Shown here: positions 8,094 through 15,077 of the stretch, piece by piece
How positions within the stretch are numbered: position 1 is the first letter of the stretch
Layout: each line of letters opens with the position of its first letter
DNA from: Acidimicrobiia bacterium
GTDB taxonomy: Bacteria; Actinomycetota; Acidimicrobiia; Spongiisociales; UBA5794
Direction of reading: 5' to 3'
Assembly: GCA_036985855.1 (NCBI GenBank)
Contig: BTQL01000006.1
Span: forward strand, 2,566-66,565
DNA: 64,000 nt
Notes under the pieces: model-generated
What the model saw: only the letters and a program-made list of their open reading frames with translations
What the model was told of the DNA's origin: nothing
Databases searched by the model: none
Made by a program: the position numbers and the translations under genes

Positions 8094-9881
8094 TTGGCCG
8101 ATAGAGACCTGACAATCGACTACCGGATCCGTGTGGTGCACACGGGTCTCATCCTCTCGTGGCTCGCCATGTTGTTGTTGGCCCTATGGGCGGTATCTCT
8201 CGATGCTGAGAGTGATCTCGCAGTAACCATCATTCTCGGCGCCTTCGTCGCGGGCCTCATCATCATCACGTTTGCCCCCTGGCGCTCAATGCTGGCATCG
8301 AGCGTGGGAGATTGGACGATCCTCCTATGGAGCACAGCGGCACTGATGGCAGTCCTCATGTATGAGACGATCTCAGCGAGCACGCCCAACGGCATCGGAT
8401 TCCTGCTCGTCCTGTTCTTCGCAGCCGCCACGCTCATTCCGAACCGGTCGATCATCACACTCGGTATTGGAACGACGATCGTCTTCGGCGCTGCGGTAGC
8501 GGGTTCAGGGACGGTTGATTTCGCGTTATTCGCCGGTAGCGTCCTCCCTTTCATCGGTGCAACCGTTTTCGTTCTGCTCATTTCTGTTGGTGTTCGAACC
8601 CAGCTCGAGGCCACAGACGCGGCATACCGATCAGTGGCCTATCGAGGTGCCGAACTTGCCCGCCAGGAACAGGAGCTCACCCACCTGTACGAAGTATCTC
8701 GAACAATCGGTGCAGGTTCCAAGCTCAACGAGGTTCTACCCGAGTTGATCGGTCGCGTCGCTGGATCCGTCAAAGCACGTATCGGTCTCGTTCTTCTGTA
8801 CGACTCGGAGGCGGAACGCTTGGAACTGATGTCGCCAATCTGGGTAGCGGGTCACACCGTCCCTGCTGATGAGCTCTCGCTCGGACTCGACGAAGCGGGA
8901 ATCTCCCAGCGCGTGTTCATGAGCGGTGACGCCACCGTCATCAATGACCTGTCAGACGGTTCGGTTCGCGATCGGCTCGCATCCGAACTTGAAGCGGACC
9001 GTGTCGCGGTGGTAGCGATGCGTGTCGAAAACCGGACCATTGGAGTACTGCTCGTTGGTGACAAACCCACAGATTTCACCGACGAGGACATCGAGACTCT
9101 CGAATCGGTGGCTGCCCCCGCAGCACTCGTGTTGAACCAGATGGCTCGATTCGAGGAGGCGAGATCCACCGGAGAAAGAATGGCAGAACTCGCCAAGCTC
9201 AAGACAGACTTCGTGTCGGTCGTCTCGCATGAATTGAGAACCCCACTTACATCGATCATCGGAGCGATCAGCACCCTCAAGCGACCAGAATTACTGCCGG
9301 AAGATCCGAGGGCACAACAACTGATCGAGATGGCCGCGAAACAGGCGAACCGGCTCAGGACGCTGATCGAAGATCTACTCGTCATGTCACGAATCGAAGC
9401 GGATTCTCTCCCTGTCAGGCCGGAACAGATCGAGCTCGAGGTCTTCCTCACCGACCTGATTGCTTCTCTGCCGGAGGGCGAAAGAGTGATCCACGAGGCA
9501 ACGCCGGGGGTGGGCCTCGTGACATCAGATCCAGATCATCTGGCTCGAGTGGTCACGAATCTCGTCGAGAACGCCATCAAGTACGGCGATGAGGGACCGA
9601 TCGAGGTCGTCACCTCGAACGAGGGGGACGAAGTTCGAATGTCGGTCATCGATCACGGACCGGGTATCTCGTACGAACAACACGAAGTCATCTTCGAGCG
9701 ATTCACCCAGCTCCAGCCGCATGCGACCCGATCCATGGGAGGCGCCGGTCTCGGCCTGTCCATCGTCAAGGGTCTCGTCGAAGCGATGCATGGTCGTGTG
9801 TGGTACGAACCGACACCTGGCGGAGGGGCCACCTTCACGGTAGCGATACCAACGAGTAGCTCCACGCCGATCAGCGACTAG
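8094..9881 (+). CDS. Membrane sensor histidine kinase with GAF domain
   Basis: About 5 N-terminal TM helices, a GAF-like region, an H-box FVSVVSHELRTPLTSI, and HATPase N/G boxes (NLVENAIKY, GGAGLGLSIV). TTG start. No adjacent response regulator. Confidence 0.88.
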   Translation: MADRDLTIDYRIRVVHTGLILSWLAMLLLALWAVSLDAESDLAVTIILGAFVAGLIIITFAPWRSMLASSVGDWTILLWSTAALMAVLMYETISASTPNGIGFLLVLFFAAATLIPNRSIITLGIGTTIVFGAAVAGSGTVDFALFAGSVLPFIGATVFVLLISVGVRTQLEATDAAYRSVAYRGAELARQEQELTHLYEVSRTIGAGSKLNEVLPELIGRVAGSVKARIGLVLLYDSEAERLELMSPIWVAGHTVPADELSLGLDEAGISQRVFMSGDATVINDLSDGSVRDRLASELEADRVAVVAMRVENRTIGVLLVGDKPTDFTDEDIETLESVAAPAALVLNQMARFEEARSTGERMAELAKLKTDFVSVVSHELRTPLTSIIGAISTLKRPELLPEDPRAQQLIEMAAKQANRLRTLIEDLLVMSRIEADSLPVRPEQIELEVFLTDLIASLPEGERVIHEATPGVGLVTSDPDHLARVVTNLVENAIKYGDEGPIEVVTSNEGDEVRMSVIDHGPGISYEQHEVIFERFTQLQPHATRSMGGAGLGLSIVKGLVEAMHGRVWYEPTPGGGATFTVAIPTSSSTPISD

Positions 9882-9891
9882 AACGCGTCCG

Positions 9892-10677
9892 CTACAGGCC
9901 CTCCGTGATGCCCGCTGCAAGAGCATGGAATCCGCCGTCGACGTGGACGATCTCGCCAGATGTCGCGGAAGCGAAGTCAGAGAGCAGGACACACGCCATG
10001 TTGGCAACCGGCTCAGGATCGGACGTGTCCCAGCCGAGCGGCGCACGGATCGCCCAAAGTCCGTCATATTGCACAAACCCGGGAATCGACTTGGCCGCAA
10101 TGGTCGCGAGCGGCCCCGCTGCCACGAGGTTTGCGCGAATGTTCTCTGGTCCGAGGTATTTGGCCAGATATCGATTCACCGACTGGAGGGCAGACTTGGA
10201 CACACCCATCCAGTCGTACGAAGGCCACGCGGTCGAATTGTCAAAGTCGAGACCCACGACGGCACCGCCACCTGCTTCGTTGAACAAGGGACGGAGACCA
10301 ACGGCAAGCGTCTTGTATGAAAACGCCGACGTGATGAAGGTGGTAGACGCAGACTCCGGAGGTGTTTCGAGAAACGATCCACCGAGGGCATCTGCAGGAG
10401 CGTATGCGATTGCGTGTAGAGCACCGTCCACGCTCCCCCACTCTGATCGAAGGTCAGATACGAGCGCTTCCATGTGTTCAGGATTGTTGATGTCCAGCTC
10501 GAGGACGTCAGCCTCATTTGGGAGACGTTTCGCCGAGCGTTTCGTCAGCGACATGCTTCGACCAAACCCCGTGAGCACGATCTGAGCGCCCTGTTCCTGG
10601 GCGACCCGTGCCGTGTGCCACGCGATTGAATCGTCCGTGAGGACGCCTGTGATCACGAGACGCTTGCCAGTCAGCAT
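9892..10677 (-). CDS. inhA: NADH-dependent enoyl-ACP reductase (InhA/FabI type)
   Basis: 261 aa. KRLVITGVLTDDSIAWHTARVAQEQGAQIVLTGFG is closely InhA-like, and the conserved Y/K catalytic region is present. Confidence 0.88.
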   Translation of the reverse strand: MLTGKRLVITGVLTDDSIAWHTARVAQEQGAQIVLTGFGRSMSLTKRSAKRLPNEADVLELDINNPEHMEALVSDLRSEWGSVDGALHAIAYAPADALGGSFLETPPESASTTFITSAFSYKTLAVGLRPLFNEAGGGAVVGLDFDNSTAWPSYDWMGVSKSALQSVNRYLAKYLGPENIRANLVAAGPLATIAAKSIPGFVQYDGLWAIRAPLGWDTSDPEPVANMACVLLSDFASATSGEIVHVDGGFHALAAGITEGL

Positions 10678-10706
10678 TCAATCCCTTTCTTGCGCAGTGA
10701 TAGACA

Positions 10707-11072
10707 TTAGGACACATTCGCCCACGCCCGGAGACCTAACCCCATGACGAAGAGCAACAGGATTCCGTACGTCAGAGCTGGTTTGCGCGCCATCGTCGTC
10801 CGGTAGACGTAGGCGAGGGTGAGAGTAACCACGATGACCACGCCGTAGAACACATGAAACGCATCACCAGGCCGAAGATCGTTGCTGTAGAGATAGACCC
10901 CTGCTGCCACCTGGAGGAGGATCGCACCGATCGCGATGCCGCGCGCCCACGCAAAGGCCTTCGAAGGCGTGCGTTTCAGGATGGCGAGAACGAGACCCCA
11001 CAGCCCTACGAGGCCGGTCGTGGCGATCGCGACGTAGAACCAGTTCTGATGGAAAGCGAGGACGGTGTCCAT
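10707..11072 (-). CDS. Small integral membrane protein
   Basis: Four predicted hydrophobic helices. Start set at ATG 11072 to avoid overlapping the methyltransferase gene; the start is uncertain. Confidence 0.45.
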   Translation of the reverse strand: MDTVLAFHQNWFYVAIATTGLVGLWGLVLAILKRTPSKAFAWARGIAIGAILLQVAAGVYLYSNDLRPGDAFHVFYGVVIVVTLTLAYVYRTTMARKPALTYGILLLFVMGLGLRAWANVS

Positions 11073-11153
11073 TGATTCAGGATCCTTGAGTTGATGCGGC
11101 GCAACCATACCCAAACTGATGGGTGGAAACAGCCGAAGGGGTAGGTTACCGAG

Positions 11154-12374
11154 ATGGTCGAGCTCCACCCACACGATATCGCCCACGGCGGAGAGGCCGT
11201 GGCACGCAAGGACGGCAAGGCACACTTCATCGCCGGGACCATGCCCGGTGAGGTGGTCGAAGCCTCGATCGTCGAGGACCGCGGATCCTGGGCCAGAGCT
11301 GCGCTCATCAACATCATCGAACCATCACCGATGCGCAGAACGCCGCCGTGTCGGTACGCCGAGGTCTGCGGCGGGTGCCAGTGGCAGTTCACCGACGGCG
11401 ACACGCAGCGCACGTGGAAACGGAGGACAGTTCACGGCCAGCTTCAGCATCTAGGGCGCATAGAGGATCCCGTGGTGCACGACACGGTCAAGGTCGGGCC
11501 GGACCTCGGATATCGAAACCGCATGGATTTCCATGTGGTCGACGGACGTCCGGGGCTTTTCAGACCTCGGAGCCACGACATCGTCCATCTCGAGCAGTGC
11601 CCGCTCCTCGTGCCGGAGCTCCAGGCTGTGTACGGGAGGCTCGGCGACCTCGGGGGTGCGGATCGTCTCACCCTGCGCGCCGGCACCCGGACGGGCGATC
11701 TCGTTGCCATCGTTGAGGGCGACATGCCCGAGAGCGCTGAGTCGTGGGGGATCCCTGTCGCCCATCGAACACGGGACAACCGTGTGCGACCGACGATCGG
11801 TGAGCCACGCCTCACAGAGATCGTCTCGGATGTCACCTTCCGGATACCCCTCGAAGGGTTCTTCCAGAACAACACTCGAGGTGCCGAGGCGCTCGTAGGT
11901 CTTGTGGCAGACGTGCTCGAGGTGCAGGAAGACGATACGCTTCTCGATGGCTACTGCGGGCTCGGGCTCTTCGGGGCAACGGTCGGGCAGCTTGCGGGCC
12001 GGGTCGTCGGCATCGAATCGACGAAGAGTGTTATCGCTGCTGCCCGTGAGAACCTCAACAGCGTCGGCGTCGAACACAAACTTGTTGCCGGCAGCTTCAC
12101 CAGGGACATCGAATCGATCGACGAGTACTGGGATGTTGCCGTGGTGGATCCCCCGAGAAGGGGTCTCGGCCGAAAGGGCATCGAGGCGGTGGCATCAGCG
12201 ATGCCGCGCCGTATCGCATACGTAGCCTGTGACCCCGCAAGCCTGGCCAGGGACACCAGGATGTTTGCCGACCTCGGCTACCACTTCATCGATGCAACAC
12301 CGGTTGACCTGTTCCCTCAGACCTATCACGTCGAGACGGTCGCGAGGTTTGATAGATCGTCAGCCGTTGGCTGA
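11154..12374 (+). CDS. 23S rRNA (uracil-5)-methyltransferase, RlmD/RumA family
   Basis: N-terminal TRAM-like domain, Fe-S cysteine pattern (CRYAEVCGGCQWQ), a SAM-binding fold, and a C-terminal catalytic Cys (YVACDP). Confidence 0.85.
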   Translation: MVELHPHDIAHGGEAVARKDGKAHFIAGTMPGEVVEASIVEDRGSWARAALINIIEPSPMRRTPPCRYAEVCGGCQWQFTDGDTQRTWKRRTVHGQLQHLGRIEDPVVHDTVKVGPDLGYRNRMDFHVVDGRPGLFRPRSHDIVHLEQCPLLVPELQAVYGRLGDLGGADRLTLRAGTRTGDLVAIVEGDMPESAESWGIPVAHRTRDNRVRPTIGEPRLTEIVSDVTFRIPLEGFFQNNTRGAEALVGLVADVLEVQEDDTLLDGYCGLGLFGATVGQLAGRVVGIESTKSVIAAARENLNSVGVEHKLVAGSFTRDIESIDEYWDVAVVDPPRRGLGRKGIEAVASAMPRRIAYVACDPASLARDTRMFADLGYHFIDATPVDLFPQTYHVETVARFDRSSAVG

Positions 12375-12394
12375 CACTTACCGGGAACTCTCTC

Positions 12395-13015
12395 CTACAT
12401 GTCTTCCAGGAGTTGCCGGCGTTTCGCCTCGAACTCCTCGTCCGAGATGTGTCCCTGCTCGTGCAGCTCTGCGAGCGCCTGGATCGCCTCGGCATTTGCA
12501 GCGCCGCCGCGCTGCTGGGGAGCTGTGTCATGGCGGCCGCTGAGGTACAGCGTCCTTTCCTCGCGAATCCGGTAGAGCTCGGTCTGGAACTTGTCCGGGC
12601 GCGGTATGTCCTTGAAACGTGACTGGCCTGAGGTCCCCGCCGACTCGACGAGGAGATCTCCTGCACCGATCACGCGCTCGAAGACCGTCTGGGAGAAGTT
12701 GACGTTCGTTATGTTCTCGAGCGGGATCTCGATGCCGCTCTTGGAGATGAGTCCATGCCGTGTCATGAGCCGCTCCGACGACAACACATAGAGCATTGTC
12801 CACCATCGCAGGAAGGGCGTCACAACAAGCCACAGAGCAAGTGCGAGATAGATGAGGAATCCCCAGACGCCGATGTCCAGCCACTTGATGACCAGGCCCC
12901 ACCCGATAGACAAGAGAACGAAGAAACTGATGGGTACGGCGAGAAGCTTCCAGTGAGAACGAAACGTCGTGACGATCGTTTCGTCTGCGGTGAGGGCATC
13001 TTCGGGCCAAGACAT
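12395..13015 (-). CDS. Membrane bPH (YdbS/YdbT-like) domain protein with C-terminal SHOCT domain
   Basis: Two TM helices followed by a PH-like region (LMTRHGLISKSGIEIPLENITNVNFSQTVFERV). The C-terminal LAELHEQGHISDEEFEAKRRQLL matches the SHOCT pattern. Confidence 0.75.
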   Translation of the reverse strand: MSWPEDALTADETIVTTFRSHWKLLAVPISFFVLLSIGWGLVIKWLDIGVWGFLIYLALALWLVVTPFLRWWTMLYVLSSERLMTRHGLISKSGIEIPLENITNVNFSQTVFERVIGAGDLLVESAGTSGQSRFKDIPRPDKFQTELYRIREERTLYLSGRHDTAPQQRGGAANAEAIQALAELHEQGHISDEEFEAKRRQLLEDM

Positions 13016-13100
13016 GGCGCCATGCTACGCATGTCGCTCCCTCTTTGAGATGACCGATGAGCCGATCTCCGGGCACCCGACGGCTGAAGGCTGCAGGACG

Positions 13101-13135
13101 CGAGAAACCCCAAGGAAGCCGAAGCCCCCTTGGGG
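13101..13135 (-). terminator. Terminator-like hairpin ending structured-RNA unit 1
   Basis: Minus strand reads CCCCAAGGGGGC(UUCG)GCUUCCUUGGGG followed by UUUCUCGCG. Homologous to the hairpin at 13628-13672. Confidence 0.4.
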
Positions 13136-13438
13136 TGTTCTCCGCTTCACCTCCGGTCTTTCGACCTTTGGATCCGCCGCTCCGCAAGCGGAGCGTTTGG
13201 CTATGAGCCGAAGCTCACGGCCTGACCCTCTGGACCGTCGGCCGAAGCCGGTGCGGCAGGGCTTTCACCCCGGCCACCTTGCGGTGGTTCCTTTCGGGCG
13301 GACTCGTTTCCGAGCCCTCGCCGGCTTTTACCCCGGCCCGCCTCCGGTTTCCCTTCGGCGTCCGCATCGGGTTGCCCCTCTGCGTAAGACGTACATTGGC
13401 ACTCACCATGCACCCATGCAAGCCAGATCGCTGGTTGC
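13101..13438 (-). ncRNA. Candidate large structured RNA, unit 1 (family not recognised)
   Basis: No credible ORF. On the minus strand there is a chain of GC-rich hairpins capped by UUCG (13118-13126, 13204-13217, 13240-13249), GAAA (13155-13166, 13303-13314), GCAA (13274-13287, 13363-13384) and CUUG (13178-13195). Paralogous to unit 2. The ends are approximate. Confidence 0.5.
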
Positions 13439-13468
13439 TTTTCGCGAACTGCATCTAGTTTTCGCGAA
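13439..13468 (-). promoter_or_regulatory. Pair of CGCGAAAA boxes, 20-bp phasing, upstream of unit 1
   Basis: Minus strand reads TTCGCGAAAAC-N9-TTCGCGAAAAG. The core TTCGCGAA is palindromic. The same arrangement occurs at 14087-14116. Confidence 0.4.
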
Positions 13469-13627
13469 TGGGATCACACACATCAGAACGCTCAACGCAG
13501 GGGACTGATCGGCCTTCGTCCGACAGGCTTGCAACATCGCGGTCGGGACGGCGCGCCGGTCTATCCGGTGACTCAACAACCGAGAGAAGAGAGGCGGATT
13601 CTTCCTCTTTCCCGATCCTGTCAGACG

Positions 13628-13672
13628 CGCAAAACCCCGAGGAAGCTCGACCGAAGTCTTGCCCTCTCGGGG
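13628..13672 (-). terminator. Terminator-like hairpin ending structured-RNA unit 2
   Basis: Minus strand reads CCCCGAGAGGGCAAGAC(UUCG)GUCGAGCUUCCUCGGGG followed by UUUUGCGCG. Confidence 0.4.
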
Positions 13673-14086
13673 TTTGCTCCGAAGTGACAATGTCACTCCA
13701 GTCCGGGCCTCAACGGTTTCCCGTCTCATCCCGGGGTGTCCCTTCTCTCCCGAAGCCGAAACCTCGCTCGATCCGAGACCTCATCTTCGAGCCGAAGCTC
13801 GCCGATGAGTCCCTGTTCGGAACCGAGATTCCGTCCAGGTCGGAGATCCACCCGAGGGCTTCTCTCCAGTGACCTCTCAAAGGCTGGGCTCCTCCTCAAG
13901 GTCGTGCCTTCCGCCGAAGCAGTTGGCCGTGCGATCCGGGTTGCCCCGTCTCGCTGGCAGCTACCGGTTTCCCGGTCAGTTCACCGAAACGGTGACCCAG
14001 CCGCCGCGCCCTCCGGGCTTTCGCCCTTCGAACAAGACGGAACTTACGGGCGGCCGATTCCAACCGCAAGCCAAACTGGCGTTTGG
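13628..14086 (-). ncRNA. Candidate large structured RNA, unit 2 (family not recognised)
   Basis: No credible ORF. Minus-strand hairpins are capped by UUCG (13649-13658, 13789-13800, 13913-13920), GAAA (13713-13724, 13963-13976, 14015-14026) and GCAA (13931-13954). The 5' region, central hairpin and 3' hairpin align with unit 1. The ends are approximate. Confidence 0.5.
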
Positions 14087-14116
14087 TTTTCGCGTTGTAC
14101 GAATCGTTTTCGCGAA
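14087..14116 (-). promoter_or_regulatory. Pair of CGCGAAAA boxes, 20-bp phasing, upstream of unit 2
   Basis: Minus strand reads TTCGCGAAAAC-N9-AACGCGAAAAC. Aligns base-for-base with 13439-13468. Confidence 0.4.
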
Positions 14117-14200
14117 GACAGACCTGAGAGCCCAGAACTACGGTTGCTGCGTGATAGTGACTCGATCTTGCCCACCATCCAACTCGCACTGACCGAATTC

Positions 14201-14222
14201 TGTCACACCGCTTCGGTACAGT
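14201..14222 (+). promoter_or_regulatory. RecA-NDp (PafBC-type)-like promoter of the nuclease-adnAB operon
   Basis: TGTCACAC-N8-TACAGT compared with the mycobacterial motif tTGTCRgtg-N8-TAnnnT. The TGTCA core, N8 spacing and TAnnnT are kept; the last three positions of the upstream box differ. The -10 ends 6 nt before the ATG at 14229. Confidence 0.3.
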
Positions 14223-14228
14223 CACACC

Positions 14229-15077
14229 ATGACGACGAACACCGACGAATCCCCTCTCCAGGCGCGGATGCTTGGGACGCTCTCCCCATCCCGCGCGAGC
14301 GATTTCAAGACATGCCCCCAGTTGTACAAGTTCAAGTCCATCGACAAGATCCCCACCGAGCCGACGGTGTATCAAGCCAGAGGAACGACCGTCCACCTTG
14401 CATTGGAACGTCTTTTCGGCGAACCCGCAGACAAGCGCACCCCGGAGCGTCTCTACGACCTGTTCAGGGAAGCGTGGACCGAGCTGAAACCGGTCGAGTA
14501 CCCGGACCTCTTCGAATCTGTCGACAAAGAGCGCGCGTGGGGCGTTGAGAGCCTCAACATGCTTGCAACGTATTTCTCGATAGAGGATCCGTCATCCTTC
14601 GAGCCGAAGGCCCTCGAGATGGACCTGCTCGTCGACGTCGACCACATGACGATCAGGGGAATCCTCGACCGAATGGAAGAAGTCATCGAAGTAGGGCCGG
14701 ACGGACGCGAACGAACCGCCCTTGTCATCACCGACTACAAGACGGGAAAGGCTCCCGGTGAGCAGTACGCGAACAAGGCGTTTTTCGCGCTCAAGATCTA
14801 TGCCCTGTTGATACGTATCAGTCAGGGTGTCACTCCTACCCGGATCCGGCTCTTGTATCTCAATGGTCCAACCGAATACACGATGGAGATCACAGACGCA
14901 CAACTCGACGCGATGGCAAAACAGCTTGCAGCCTTGTGGGGCGCCATCGAAAAGGCGATCACGACCGATACGTGGCCTGCCAAGACGTCGGCACTGTGCA
15001 ACTGGTGCGATTTCAAGGACACGATATGTCCTGCATGGGCTGACGAACGTGCGGCAACCCAAGATGCCGATGCCTGA
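14229..15077 (+). CDS. PD-(D/E)XK nuclease, Cas4/RecB-like with 4-Cys cluster
   Basis: 282 aa. One N-terminal Cys (KTCPQLYKF), a nuclease core (GILDRM...LVITDYKTGK, FALKIYA), and C-terminal CNWCDFKDTICP. Overlaps the adnA start. Confidence 0.8.
   Translation: MTTNTDESPLQARMLGTLSPSRASDFKTCPQLYKFKSIDKIPTEPTVYQARGTTVHLALERLFGEPADKRTPERLYDLFREAWTELKPVEYPDLFESVDKERAWGVESLNMLATYFSIEDPSSFEPKALEMDLLVDVDHMTIRGILDRMEEVIEVGPDGRERTALVITDYKTGKAPGEQYANKAFFALKIYALLIRISQGVTPTRIRLLYLNGPTEYTMEITDAQLDAMAKQLAALWGAIEKAITTDTWPAKTSALCNWCDFKDTICPAWADERAATQDADA

Noticed and set aside
13701-13708. RNase P RNA or tmRNA identity for the structured region (plus-strand GTCCGGGC resembles the RNase P CR-I core GUCCGGGC)
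   Set aside because: The flanking GAGGAAA and the other conserved RNase P blocks (the ACAGAA and GGUAA/GGGUGAAA contexts) are absent. The match is also on the strand opposite to the tetraloop bias. No tmRNA features were seen: no GGGG...UGA 5' end, no tag ORF ending in ALAA, and no T-arm or CCA 3' end.
14028-14043. LexA/SOS box upstream of the nuclease-adnAB operon (TCGAAC-aaga-CGGAAC)
   Set aside because: Only the first half-site matches the actinobacterial TCGAAC-N4-GTTCGA consensus. It also lies about 190 bp from the start codon, inside the structured element.
13424-14096. Reading the hairpins at ~13424-13437 and ~14070-14086 plus the TTTT runs as plus-strand intrinsic terminators
   Set aside because: The nearest upstream plus-strand gene ends at 12374. 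The surrounding loops are non-canonical on the plus strand, and the same hairpins fit the minus-strand paralog alignment.
13040-14548. Track ORFs inside the large gap (for example 13736..14548, 13896..14396, 13468..13872, 13215..13454, 12969..13508) as possible protein genes
   Set aside because: They are Arg/Pro/Ser/Gly-rich, overlap each other in several frames and on both strands, run straight through the hairpin arrays, and show no domain pattern. 13736..14548 also overlaps the well-supported nuclease gene in another frame.
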